From NCBI GenBank assembly GCA_040954595.2, contig CM082580.2, forward strand, positions 1,664,783 to 1,728,782: a DNA stretch of 64,000 nucleotides, read 5' to 3'. Numbering within the stretch: the first letter of the stretch is position 1; each line of letters opens with the position of its first letter. Below are positions 13,013-27,367 of the stretch, piece after piece. This DNA comes from Balanoglossus misakiensis (taxonomy: Eukaryota; Animalia; Hemichordata). The notes beneath the pieces are model-generated. The model was not told the DNA's origin, ran no database searches, and was given only the letters and a program-made list of their open reading frames with translations. A program made the position numbers and the translations under genes.

Positions 13013-15253
13013 ACAAGTGACCTATTGGTCAAATGAGCTCTGCTGACCTTAACAGTGTAACCTGGGCGATGATATGAATACCCTAGGTTTTAATTCATAA
13101 CAATTGTATTCTATTGAACAAAACCAAACATAGACATCACAAGTATTTATCCAAATTCAGCTTGATTCATTGCACTAAAGAAAGAAAGAATTGAATTCTA
13201 AAGAACAACATCAAAAGGAAGTACCAATGTTCTAATTTGCATATTCATGACCCCATCAAAATTCCAATAAAACAAAATCAGGTAGGGGCACCATAACACA
13301 CATTCTACCAAATTTCAACTCCATCGTACATGTATTTAGGGAGAAGATTTTTTTACCAAAAATTATATTTTTAGATCTAATTTGCATATTTATGACCCCA
13401 TCATATCCAAATTAGCAAAATCAGGTAGGGGCACCATAACACACATTCCTACTAAATTTCAGCGCCATCGTACATGTAGTTAGGGAGAAGAAGATTTTTG
13501 ACCAAAAATTCTATTTTTAGATCTAATTTGCATATTTATGACCCCATCTAATCCAAATTAGCAAAATCAGGTAGGGGCACCATAACACACATTCCTACTA
13601 AATTTCAGCGCCATCGTACATGTAGTTAGGGAGAAGAAGATTTTTGACCAAAAATTCTATTTTTAGATCTAATTTGCATATTTATGACCCAATCAAATCC
13701 AAATTAACAAAATCAGGTAGGGACACTATAACACACATTCCTACTAAATTTCAGCTCCATCGTACAAATAGTTAGGGAGAAGAAGATTTTTTACCAAAAA
13801 TTATATTTTTAGATCTAATTTACATATTCATGACCCGATCATATCCAAATTAATAAAATCAAGTACGGGCATCATAACACACATTCCTACCATATTTCAG
13901 CTCCATCGTACATGTAGTTAGGGAGAAGAAAATTTTTGACCAAAAATTATATTTTTAGATCTAATTTGCATATTTATGACCCCATCAAATCCAAATTTAC
14001 AAAATCAGGTAGGGGCACCATAACACACATTCCTACCAAATTTCAGCTCCATTGTACATGTAGTTATGGAGAAGAAGATTTTTTACCAAAATTCTATTTT
14101 TAGATCTAATTTGCATATTTATGACCCCATCAAATCCAAATTTACAAAATCAGGTAGGGGCACCATAACACACATTCCTACTAAATTTCAGCTCCATCGT
14201 ACAAATAGTTAGGGAGAAGAAGATTTTTTACCAAAAATTATATTTTTAGATCTAATTTACATATTCATGACCCGATCATATCCAAATTAATAAAATCAAG
14301 TACGGGCATCATAACACACATTCCTACCATATTTCAGCTCCATCGTACATGTAGTTAGGGAGAAGAAAATTTTTGACCAAAAATTATATTTTTAGATCTA
14401 ATTTGCATATTTATGACCCCATCAAATCCAAATTTACAAAATCAGGTAGGGGCACCATAACACACATTCCTACCAAATTTCAGCTCCATTGTACATGTAG
14501 TTATGGAGAAGAAGATTTTTTACCAAAATTCTATTTTTAGATCTAATTTGCATATTTATGACCCCATCAAATCCAAATTTACAAAATCAGGTAGGGGCAC
14601 CATAACACACATTCCTGCCAAATTTCAGGTCCATTGCACATGTAGTTGTGGAGAAGAAGATTTTTACCAAAAGTTCTATTTTTAGATCTAATTTGCATAT
14701 TCATGACCCCATCAAATCCAAATTAACAAAATCAGTTAAAGGCACCATAACACACATTCCAAACAAATTTCAGCTAAATATGCCCAGTTGTTTTAAAGAA
14801 GAAGATTGAAATACAAAAAGTTGACGGACGACAGACGACTGACGACAGACGACGGACGACGGACGGACACTTATCAACCTACTGCTACAGCTCGGCTGAC
14901 ACAAGTGACAGCAGAGCTAAAAATCAGGTAGGGACACCATAACACACATTCCTACCAAATTTCAGCTCCAACGTACATGTAGTTAGGGAGAAGAAGATTT
15001 TTTTACCAAAAATTTTATTTTTAGATCTAATTTGCATATTCATGACCCCATCAAATCCAAATTAACAAAATCAGTTAAAGGCACCATAACACACATTCTA
15101 ACCAAATTTCAGCTAAATATGCCAAGTAGTTTTATAGAAGAAGATTGAAATACCAAAAGTTGACGGACGACGGATGACGGACGACAGACGACGGACAGAC
15201 ATTTATCAACCTACTGCTACAGCTCGGCTGACACAAGTGACAGCAGAGCTAAT
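13013..15253 (-). mobile_element. Non-autonomous Helentron/Helitron2-type element (HINE, DINE-1-like) with ~146-bp core tandem repeats
   Basis: Inserted into host ...CTAAATTT^AAAAGCTG (empty site visible at ~17170-17190 and ~25403-25420) with no TSD. Subterminal inverted repeat AGCTCTGCTG (~13036) / CAGCAGAGCT (15241-15250). Terminal stem-loop TGACC-TATT-GGTCA (~13018-13031). Imperfect IR AGCTCGGCTG..CAGCAGAGCT and (GACG/GACA) microsatellite at the other end. About 11 copies of a 146-bp core (GGTAGG at 13424, 13570, 13716). Confidence 0.85.
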
Positions 15254-18112
15254 AAAAGCTGTATCTGCTGTGCATGCCAAGTTTTGGAAATGTAGATCAA
15301 GGGTCATTGCCAAAATTATCAAAATATTTGGGTTATGTCCTGCCAGAGTAGTACTCATGTGAACAAAATCATGACTGTTGTGCTTTTTAACAAGAGACAT
15401 ATCAATGTACAATTAAGTTCTGAAAGATCTTGATCAAAGGGAAAATGAAAGTTGCAAAAAATTGTATAATTAAGTGTTAAAAAAAGGATCAATGGACATG
15501 TGAAAGTTGACAAAAAATTTTAACATTCTGGTCTTATGTTGACTCTATCCATAAAAAGGCTTGGTGTGCTATCATTCAGTAGCCTACAAATAGGAAATTT
15601 TAGTTTTTAATCGGAGTTCAGAAAATCCAATTAGGCTTCAATAAGGTTTAACCAATCACATTTTACGCGAAAGCGTGATTAAAAAAAGATTTTGGAAATT
15701 TTTCATGGGATTTTTCAAAAATCCATAATAAATCCAAATTCACATGAACACTAACAATATTATTTTAAAAAATTGGAACGTACAGTAAATTAGAACTTGA
15801 TTGGCCTTGTAATTTTTGAAAAAAAATGTCAACTTTTAAAGGTTATCAGAAAATCCAATATGGCCACCATGAAGAAGACAATTAAAAGAACATGCAGCAT
15901 CACAGGGGCCAAAGCAGTTAGCATGGTTCCAACAGAAAGCAAACTCTGTATCTGTTATGGATTCTTAGAATGGTAGGTAAGCCAGAGGTCACGGAAATTT
16001 GTGCCAACAAATTTTGATATCAAACTGATAAGTGTCCAACAAGAACCAAACTTCTAAGCTCAATTGGTTAACTTTAAATAGGATTTAAGTAGATCATGGC
16101 CAAAATTATCAAAATATTTGGGTTATGTCCAGGCAGCAATAGTACTCATGTGTACAAAATCATGACTGTTGTGCTTTTTAACAAGAGACATATCCAAGTA
16201 GATCAAGGGTCATGGCCAAAATTATCAAAATATTTGGGTTATGTCCTGGCAGCAATAAAACTCATGTGAACAAAATCATGACTGTTGTGCTTTTTAACAA
16301 GAGACATATCCAAGTAGATCAATGGTCATTGCCAAAATTATCAAAATATTTGGGTTATGTCCTGGCAGCAGTAGTACTCTATGAACAAAATCATGACTGT
16401 TGAGCTTTTTATCAAGAGCCATATCCACATAAAATTAAGTTATGGAATTACTGGGTCGAAGGACATGCGAGAGTTGCCAACAAATTGTTTAATCAAGTTT
16501 TGAAAAAACTGGATCAAAGGACATGTGAAAGTTGCCAAAAAATGTAACGTATTCTAGTCATATGGCGACTCGTATCCATAAAATTAATTTGTGTGCTTTC
16601 AATGAGTAGGCTAGAAATAGGAAATCTTAGTTTTTAATCAGTGTTCAGAAAAATCCAATTTGGCTCCAATAAGGTGACACCAATCACAATTCACTTGAAA
16701 ACTTGATTAGAAAAAGATGTTCTGTAATTTTTTAATGAGATTTTTAAACAATCCAATTAGGCACCCAAAGTCACTTGACCACTAATGATATTTTTGTCAA
16801 ACTTTCAACCCTACAGTAAACTAGAATTTGATTTGCCCTGTAGTTTATGAAAATGTCAACTTTTAAAGGTTATTAGAAAATCCAATATGGCCACCATGAA
16901 GAAGACAATTAGAGCTACAAGCAGCATTGGAGTGGCCAAAGCGGTTAGCATGGTTCCAACAGAAAGCAAAGGCTGTATCTGTTGTGGATGCCTAGAAATG
17001 GTAAAGTATGCCAGAGGTGATGCAAAATGTGCCAACAAAATTTAATACCAAACTGATCAATGTCCAACAAAAAGCAGACTTCTACGCTTTATTAGTTAAC
17101 TTTAAATAGCTTATATACATAATTATTGTGTTAAAGTTAATACATGTACTTCATTAGGTGTTCCAAGCCTCTAAATTTAAAAGCTGTATCTGCTGTACAT
17201 GCCAAGTTATGGGAATGTAGATCAAAAGTTACTGCCAAAATTATCAAAATATTTGGGTTATGTCCTGGCAGCAGTAGTACTCATGTGAACAAAATCACGA
17301 CTGTTGTGCTTTTTAACAAGAGGCATATCAACGTAGAATTAAGTTCTGAAAGATCTGGATCAAAAGACGAATGAAAGTTGCAAAAAAATAGTATAATTAA
17401 GTGTTGAAAAAATGGATGAAAGGACATGTGAAAGTTGATAAAAATTGTTTAACATATTCTGGACTTATGGTGACTCGTATCCATAAAAAGGATTGGTGTG
17501 CTATCATTCAGTAGCCTTGAAATAGGAAATTTTAGTTTTTAATCGGAGTTCAGACAATCCAATTTGACTTCAATAAGGTTTAACCAATCACAATTCACTT
17601 GAAAGCTTGATTAAAAAAGATTTTGGAAATTTTTCATGAGTTTTTGAAAAAATCCATAATGAATCCAAATTCACATGACCACTATTAATATAATTGAAAA
17701 AAAAATGGAACGGCCAGTAAATTAGAACTTGATTGGCCCTGCAGTTTAGAAAAAAATGTCCACTTTTAGAGATTATCAGAAAATCCAATATGGCCGCCAT
17801 GAAGAAGACCCAACTATAAGCAGCATTGGAGTGACCAAAGTGGTTAGCATGGTTCCAACAGAAAGCAAAGGCTGTATCTGTTATGGATGCTGAGAAATGG
17901 TAAGTAAGCCAGAGGTCAGGCAAATTTGTGCCAACAAATTTTGACATCAAACTGATAAGTGTCCAACAAGAACCAAACTTCTAAGCTCAATTGGTTAACT
18001 TTAAACAGGATAAGTACATAATGATTGTGTTAAAAATTAATACTTCATTAGGTGTTCCAGTCCTCTAAATTTGAAAGCCGTATCTGCTGTGCATGGCAAG
18101 TTATGGGAAAGA

Positions 18113-21100
18113 AGATCATGGCCAAAATTATCAAAATATTTGGGTTATGTCCTGGCAGCAATAGTACTCATGTGTACAAAATCATGACTGTTGTGCTTTT
18201 TAACAAGAGACATATCCAAGTAGATCAAGGGTCATGGCCAAAATTATCAAAATATTTGGGTTATGTCCTGGCAACAATAAAACTCATGTGAACAAAATCA
18301 TGACTGTTGTGCTTTTTAACAAGAGACATATCCAAGTAGATCAAGGGTCATGGCCGAAATAATCAAAATATTTGGGTTATGTCCTGGCAGCAATAAAATT
18401 CATATGAACAAAATCATGACTGTTGTGCTTTTTAACAAGAGACATATCCAAGTAGATCAAGGGTCATTGCCAAAATTATCCAAATATTTGGGTTATGTCC
18501 TGGCAGCAATAAAACTCATGTGAACAAAATCATGACTATTGTGCTTTTTAACAAGAGACATATCCAAGTAGATCAAGGGTCATTGCCAAAATGATCAAAA
18601 TATATGGGTTATGTCCTGGCAGCAATAAAACTCATGTGAACAAAATCATGACTGTTGTGCTTTTTAACAAGAGACATATCCAAGTAGATCAAGGGTCATT
18701 GCCAAAATTATCAAAATATTTGGGTTATGTCCTGGCAGCAATAAAACTCATGTGAACAAAATCATGACTGTTGTGCTTTTTAACAAGAGACATATCCAAG
18801 TAGATCAAGGGTCATTGCCAAAATTATCAAAATATTTGGGTTATGTCCAGGCACCAATAGTACTCATGTGAACAAAATCATGACTGTTGTGCTTTTTAAC
18901 AAGAGACATATCCAAGTAGATCAAGGGTCATTGCCAAAATTATCAAAATATTTGGGTTATGTCCAGGCAGCAATAGTACTCATGTGAACAAAATCATGAC
19001 TGTTGTGCTTTTTAACAAGAGGCATATCCAAGTAGATCAAGGGTCATTGCCAAAATTATCAAAATATTTGGGTTATGTCCAGGCAGCAATAGTACTCATG
19101 TGAACAAAATCATGACTGTTGTGCTTTTTAACAAGAGACATATCCAAGTAGATCAAGGGTCATTGCCAAAATTATCAAAATATTTGGGTTATGTCCAGGC
19201 AGCAATAGTACTCATGTGAACAAAATCATGACTGTTGTGCTTTTTAACAAGAGACATATCCAAGTAGATCAAGGGTCATTACCAAGATTATCAAAATATT
19301 TGGGTTATGTCCTGGCAGCAATAAAACTCATGTGAACAAAATCATGACTGTTGTGCCTTTTAACAAGAGACATATCCAAGTAGATCAAGGGTCATTGCCA
19401 AAATTATCAAAATATTTGGGTTATGTCCTGGCAGCAATAAAACTCATGTGAACAAAATCATGACTGTTGTGCTTTTTAACAAGAGACATATCCAAGTAGA
19501 TCAAGGGTCATTGCCATGATTATCAAAATATTTGGGTTATGTCCTGGCAGCAATAAAACTCATGTGAACAAAATCATGACTATTGTGCTTTTTAACAAGA
19601 GACATATCCAAGTAGATCAAGGGTCATTGCCAAAATGATCAAAATATATGGGTTATGTCCTGGCAGCAATAAAACTCATGTGAACAAAATCATGACTGTT
19701 GTGCTTTTTAACAAGAGACATATCCAAGTAGATCAAGGGTCATTGCCAAAATTATCAAAATATTTGGGTTATGTCCTGGCAGCAATAAAACTCATGTGAA
19801 CAAAATCATGACTGTTGTGCTTTTTAACAAGAGACATATCCAAGTAGATCAAGGGTCATTGCCAAAATTATCAAAATATTTGGGTTATGTCCAGGCACCA
19901 ATAGTACTCATGTGAACAAAATCATGACTGTTGTGCTTTTTAACAAGAGACATATCCAAGTAGATCAAGGGTCATTGCCAAAATTATCAAAATATTTGGG
20001 TTATGTCCAGGCAGCAATAGTACTCATGTGAACAAAATCATGACTGTTGTGCTTTTTAACAAGAGGCATATCCAAGTAGATCAAGGGTCATTGCCAAAAT
20101 TATCAAAATATTTGGGTTATGTCCAGGCAGCAATAGTACTCATGTGAACAAAATCATGACTGTTGTGCTTTTTAACAAGAGACATATCCAAGTAGATCAA
20201 GGGTCATTGCCAAAATTATCAAAATATTTGGGTTATGTCCAGGCAGCAATAGTACTCATGTGAACAAAATCATGACTGTTGTGCTTTTTAACAAGAGACA
20301 TATCCAAGTAGATCAAGGGTCATTACCAAGATTATCAAAATATTTGGGTTATGTCCTGGCAGCAATAAAACTCATGTGAACAAAATCATGACTGTTGTGC
20401 CTTTTAACAAGAGACATATCCAAGTAGATCAAGGGTCATTGCCAAAATTATCAAAATATTTGGGTTATGTCCTGGCAGCAATAAAACTCATGTGAACAAA
20501 ATCATGACTGTTGTGCTTTTTAACAAGAGACATATCCAAGTAGATCAAGGGTCATTGCCATGATTATCAAAATATTTGGGTTATGTCCTGGCAGCAATAA
20601 AACTCATGTGAACAAAATCATGACTGTTGTGCTTTTAACAAGAGACATATCCAAGTAGATCAAGGGTCATTGCCAAAATTATCAAAATATTTGGGTTATG
20701 TCCAGGTAGCAATAGTACTCATGTGAACAAAATCATGACTGTTGTGCTTTTTAACAAGAGACATATCCAAGTAGATCAAGGGTCATTACCAAGATTATCA
20801 AAATATTTGGATTATGTCCTGGCAGCAATAAAACTCATGTGAACAAAATCATGACTGTTGTGCCTTTTAACAAGAGACATATCCAAGTAGATCAAGGGTC
20901 ATTGCCAAAATTATCAAAATATTTGGGTAATGTCCTGGCAGCAATAAAACTCATGTGAACAAAATCATGACTGTTGTGCTTTTTAACAAGAGACATATCC
21001 AAGTAGATCAAGGGTCATTGCCAAGATTATCAAAATATTTGGGTTATGTCCTGGCAGCAATAAAACTCATGTGAACAAAATCATGACTGTTGTGCTTTTT

Positions 21101-22250
21101 AACAAGAGACATATCCAAGTAGATCAAGGGTCATTGCCAAAGTTATCAAAATATTTGGGTTATGTCCTGGCAGCGACAAAACTCATGTGAACAAAATCAT
21201 GACTGTTGTGCTTTTTAACAAGAGACATATCCAAGTAGATCAAGGGTCATGGCCAAAATTATCAAAATATTTGGGTTATGTCCTGGCAGCAATAAAACTC
21301 ATGTGAACAAAATCATGACTGTTGTGCTTTTTAACAAGAGACATATCCAAGTAGATCAAGGGTCATTGCCAAAATTATCAAAATATTTGGGTAATGTCCT
21401 GGCAGCAATAAAACTCATGTGAACAAAATCATGACTGTTGTGCTTTTTAACAAGAGACATATCCAAGTAGATCAAGGGTCATTGCCAAGATTATCAAAAT
21501 ATTTGGGTTATGTCCTGGCAGCAATAAAACTCATGTGAACAAAATCATGACTGTTGTGCTTTTTAACAAGAGACATATCCAAGTAGATCAAGGGTCATTG
21601 CCAAAGTTATCAAAATATTTGGGTTATGTCCTGGCAGCGACAAAACTCATGTGAACAAAATCATGACTGTTGTGCTTTTTAACAAGAGACATATCCAAGT
21701 AGATCAAGGGTCATGGCCAAAATTATCAAAATATTTGGGTTATGTCCTGGCAACAATAAAACTCATGTGAACAAAATCATGACTGTTGTGCTTTTTAACA
21801 AGAGACATATCCAAGGGATCAAGGGTCATTACCAAGATTATCAAAATATTTGGGTTATGTCCTGGCAGCGACAAAACTCATGTGAACAAAATCATGACTG
21901 TTGTGCTTTTTAACAAGAGACATATCCAAGTAGATCAAGGGTCATGGCCAAAATTATCAAAATATTTGGGTTATGTCCTGGCAACAATAAAACTCATGTG
22001 AACAAAATCATGACTGTTGTGCTTTTTAACAAGAGACATATCCAAGGGATCAAGGGTCATTACCAAGATTATCAAAATATTTGGGTTATGTCCTGGCAGC
22101 AATAAAACTCATGTGAACAAAATCATGACTGTTGTGCTTTTTAACAAGAGACATATCCAAGTAGATCAAGGGTCATTGCCAAAATTATCAAAATATTTGG
22201 GTTATGTCCTGGCAGCAGTAGTACTCTTTGAACAAAATCATGACTGTTGA
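18113..22250. repeat. 116-bp satellite, main array (~35 copies), derived from a sub-segment of the 0.9-kb unit
   Basis: GATCAAGGGT at 18571 and 18687 (116 bp). Near-identical monomers. The same sequence occurs once in each 0.9-kb unit. Confidence 0.97.
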
Positions 22251-22802
22251 GCTTTTTATCAAGAGCCATATCCACATAAAATTAAGTTATGGAATTACTG
22301 GATCAAAGGACATGCGAGAGTCGCCAACAAATTGTTTAATCAAATACTGAAAAAAAACTGGATCAAAGAACATATGAAAGTTGTCAAAAAATGTAACATA
22401 TTCTAGTCATATGGTGACTCGTATCCACAGAAAGAATTTGTGTGCTTTCAATGAGTAGGATAAAAAAAAGGAATTTTAGCTTTTAATCGGAGTTCAGAAA
22501 ATCCAATTTGGCTCTGATAAGGTTAAACCAATCACAATTCACTTGAAAACTTGATTAGAAAAAGATTTTCGTAATTTTTGAATGAGATTTTTAAAAAATC
22601 CAATAAGGCACCAAAAGTCACATGACCACTAATGATATTTTATCAAACTTTCAACCGCACAGTAAATTAGAACTTGATTGGCCCTGTAGTTTATGAAAAT
22701 GTCAACCTTTAAAGCTTATTAGAAAATCCAATATGGCCGCCATGAAGAAGACAATTACAACTAAAAGTAGCATTGGAGGGACCAAGGTTCCAACAGAAAG
22801 CA

Positions 22803-23160
22803 GACCCCATCAAAATTCCAATTAACAAAATCAGGTAGGGGCACCATACCACACATTCCTACCAATTTTCAGCTCCATCGTACATGTAGTTAGGGAGAAG
22901 AAGATTTTTTTACCAAAATTTTTATTTTTAGATCTAATTTGCATATTCATGACCCGATCAAATCCAAATTAACAAAATCAGGTAAGGGCACCATAACACA
23001 CATTCCAACCAAATTTCAGCTAAATATGCCAAGTAGTTTTATAGAAGAAGATTGAAATACCAAAAGTTGACGGACGACGGATGACGGACGACAGACGACG
23101 GACAGACATTTATCAACCTACTGCTACAGCTCGGCTGACACAAGTGACAGCAGAGCTAAT
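22803..23160 (-). mobile_element. Truncated duplicate of the HINE element
   Basis: Same core repeat, microsatellite and CAGCAGAGCTAAT end at the same host junction as 15253. The stem-loop end has been lost by deletion. Confidence 0.85.
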
Positions 23161-24089
23161 AAAAGCTGTATCTGCTGTGCATGCCAAGTTTTGGAAATGT
23201 AGATCAAGGGTCATTGCCAAAATTATCAAAATATTTGGGTTATGTCCTGCCAGAGTAGTACTCATGTGAACAAAATCATGACTGTTGTGCTTTTTAACAA
23301 GAGACATATCAATGTACAATTAAGTTCTGAAAGATCTTGATCAAAGGGAAAATGAAAGTTGCAAAAAATTGTATAATTAAGTGTTAAAAAAAGGATCAAT
23401 GGACATGTGAAAGTTGACAAATTTTTTTAACATTCTTGTCTTATGTTGACTCTATCCATAAAAAGGCTTGGTGTGCTATCATTCAGTAGCCTACAAATAG
23501 GAAATTTTAGTTTTTAATCGAAGTTCAGAAAATCCAATTAGGCTTCAATAAGGTTTAACCAATCACAATTTACGCGAAAGCTTGATTAAAAAAGATTTTG
23601 GAAATTTTTCATGGTATTTTTCAAAAATCCATAATAAATCCAAATTCACATGAACACTAACAATATTATTTTAAAAAATTGGAACGTACAGTAAATTAGA
23701 ACTTGATTGGCCTTGTAAATTTTGAAAAAAAATGTCAACTTTTAAAGGTTATCAGAAAATCCAATATGGCCACCATGAAGAAGACAATTAAAAGAACATG
23801 CAGCATCACAGGGGCCAAAGCAGTTAGCATGGTTCCAACAGAAAGCAAACTCTGTATCTGTTGTGGATTCATAGAATGGTAGGTAAGCCAGAGGTCACGC
23901 AAATTTGTGCCAACAAATTTTGATATCAAACTGATAAGTGTCCAACAAGAACCAAACTTCTAAGCTCAATTGGTTAACTTTAAATAGGATAAGTACATAA
24001 TGATTGTGTTAAAGATTAATACTTCATTAGGTGTTCCAGTCCTCTATATTTGAAAGCCATATCTGCTGTGCATGTCAAATTATGGGAAA

Positions 24090-24635
24090 GTAGATCATGG
24101 CCAAAATTATCAAAATATTTGGGTTATGTCCAGGCAGCAATAGTACTCATGTGTACAAAATCATGACTGTTGTGCTTTTTAACAAGAGACATATGCAAGT
24201 AGATCAAGGGTCATGGCCAAAATTATCAAAATATTTGGGTTATGTCCTGGCAGCAATAAAACTCATGTGAACAAAATCATGACTGTTGTGCTTTTTAACA
24301 AGAGACATATGCAAGTAGATCAAGGGTCATGGCCAAAATTATCAAAATATTTGGGTTATGTCCTGGCAGCAATAAAACTCATGTGAACAAAATCATGACT
24401 GTTGTGCTTTTTAACAAGAGACATATCCAAGTAGATCAAGGGTCATTGCCAAAATTATCAAAATATTTGGGTTATGTCCTGGCAGCAATAAAACTCATGT
24501 GAACAAAATCATGACTGTTGTGCTTTTTAACAAGAGACATATCCAAGTAGATCAAGGGTCATTGCCAAAATTATCAAAATATTTGGGTTATGTCCTGGCA
24601 GCAGTAGTACTCTTTGAACAAAATCATGACTGTTT
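24090..24635. repeat. 116-bp satellite, short array
   Basis: 4-5 tandem copies of the same monomer. Confidence 0.92.
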
Positions 24636-26321
24636 AGCTTTTTATCAAGAGCCATATCCACATAAAATTTAGTTATGGAATTACTGGGTCAAAGGACATG
24701 CGAGAGTTGCCAACAAATTGTTTAATCAAGTTTTGAAAAAACTGGATCAAAGGACATGTGAAAGTTGCCAAAAAATGTAACGTATTCTAGTCATATGGCG
24801 ACTCGTATCCATAAAATTAATTTGTGTGCTTTCAATGAGTAGGCTAGAAATAGAAAATCTTAGTTTTTAATCAGTGTTTAGAAAAATCCAATTTGGCTCC
24901 AATAAGGTGACACCAATCACAATTCACTTGAAAACTTGATTAGAAAAAGATGTTCTGTAATTTTTTAATGAGATTTTTAAACAATCCAATTAGGCACCCA
25001 AAGTCACTTGACCACTAATGATATTTTTGTCAAACTTTCAACCCTACAGTAAACTAGAATTTGATTGGCCCTGTAGTTTATGAAAATGTCAACTTTTAAA
25101 GGTTATTAGAAATTCCAATATGGCCACCATGAAGAAGACAATTAGAGCTACAAGCAGCATTGGAGTGGCCAAAGCGGTTAGCATGGTTCCAACAGAAAGC
25201 AAATGCTGCATCTGTTGTGGATGCCTAGAAATGGTAAAGTATGCCAGAGGTGATGCAAAATGTGCCAACAAAATTTGATACCAAACTGATCAGTGTCCAA
25301 CAAAAAGCAGACTTCTACGCTTTATTGGTTAACTTTAAATAGCTTATATACATAATTATTGTGTTAAAGTTAATACATGTACTTTATTAGGTGTTCCAGT
25401 CCTCTAAATTTAAAAGCTGTATCTGCTGTGCATGCCAAGTTATGGGAATGTAGATCAAAAGTTACTGCCAAAATTATCAAAATATTTGGGTTATGTCCGG
25501 GCAGCAGTAGTACTCATGTGAACAAAATCACGACTCTTGTGCTTTTTAACAAGAGGCATATCAACGTAGAATTAAGTTCTGAAAGATCTGGATCAAAAGA
25601 CGAATGACAGTTGCAAAAAAATTGTATAATTAAGTGTTGAAAAAATGGATGAAAGGACATGTGAAAGTTGATAAAAATTGTTTAACATATTCTGGTCTTA
25701 TGGTGACTCGTATCCATAAAAAGGATTGGTGTGCTATCATTCAGTAGCCTTGAAATAGGAAATTTTAGTTTTTAATCGGAGTTCAGACAATCCAATTTGG
25801 CTTCAATAAGGTTTAACCAATCACAATTCACTTGAAAGCTTGATTAAAAAAGATTTTGAAAAAATCCATAATAAATCCAAATTCACATGACCACTATTAA
25901 TATAATTGAAAAAAAATTGGAACGGCCAGTAAATTAGAACTTGATTGGCCCTGCAGTTTAGAAAAAAATGTACACTTTTAGAGATTATCAGAAAATCCAA
26001 TATGGCCGCCATGAAGAAGACCCAACTATAAGCAGCATTGGAGTGACCAAAGTGGTTAGCATGGTTCCAACAGAAAGCAAAGGCTGTATCTGTTATGGAT
26101 GCTGAGAAATGGTAAGTAAGCCAGAGGTCACGCAAATTTGTGCCAACAAATTTTGACATCAAACTGATAAGTGTCCAACAAGAACCAAACTTCTAAGCTC
26201 AATTGGTTAACTTTAAATAGGATAAGTACATAACGATTGTGTTAAAGATTAATACTTCATTAGGTGTTCCAGTCCTCTAAATTTGAAAGCCGTATCTGCT
26301 GTGCATGGCAAGTTATGGGAA

Positions 26322-27367
26322 AGTAGATCATGGCCAAAATTATCAAAATATTTGGGTTATGTCCAGGCAGCAATAGTACTCATGTGTACAATATCATGAC
26401 TGTTGTGCTTTTTAACAAGAGACATATCCAAGTAGATCAAGGGTCATGGCCAAAATTATCAAAATATTTGGGTTATGTCCTGGCAGCAATATAACTCATG
26501 TGAACAAAATCATGACTGTTGTGCTTTTTAACAAGAGACCTATCCAAGTAGATCAAGGGTCATTGCCAAAATTATCAAAATATTTTGGTTATGTCCTGGC
26601 AGCAATAAAACTCATATGAACACAATAATGACTGTTGTGCTTTTTAACAAGAGACATATCCAAGTAGATCAAGGGTCATTGCCAAAATTATCAAAATATT
26701 TGGGTTATGTCCTGGCAGCAATAAAACTCGTGTGAACACAATCATGACTGTTGTGCTTTTTAACAAGAGACATATCCAAGTAGATCAAGGGTCATTGCCA
26801 AAATTATCAAAATATTTGGGTTATGTCCTGGCAGCAATAAAACTCATGTGAACACAATCATGACTGTTGTGCTTTTTAACAAGAGGCATATCCAAGTAGA
26901 TCAAGGATCATTGCCAACATTATCAAAATATGTAGGTTATGTCCAGGCAGCAATAAAACTCATGTGAACACAATTATGACTGTTGTGTTTTTTAACAAGA
27001 GACATATCCAAGTAGATCAAGGGTCATTGCCAAAATTATCAAAATATTTTGGTTATGTCCTGGCAGCAATAAAACTCATGTGAACAAAATCATGACTGTT
27101 GTGCTTTTTAACAAGAGACATATCCAAGTAGATCAAGGGTCATCGCCAAAATTATCAAAATATTTGGGTTATGTCCTGGCAGCAATAAAACTCATGTGAA
27201 CACAATTATGACTGTTGTGCTTTTTAACAAGACTAGAGACATATCCAAGTAGAACAAGGGTCATTGCCAAAATTATCAAAATATTTGGGTTATGTCCTGG
27301 CAGCAATAAAACTCATGTGAACACAATCATGACTGTTGTGCTTTTTAACAAGAGACATATCCAAGTA
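26322..27367. repeat. 116-bp satellite, third array (~9 copies, more diverged)
   Basis: Tandem monomers with private variants (GAACACAAT). Confidence 0.93.

Noticed and set aside
18113-22250. CRISPR-like regular array
   Set aside because: Monomers repeat in full with no unique spacers, no cas genes are present, and the context is eukaryotic.
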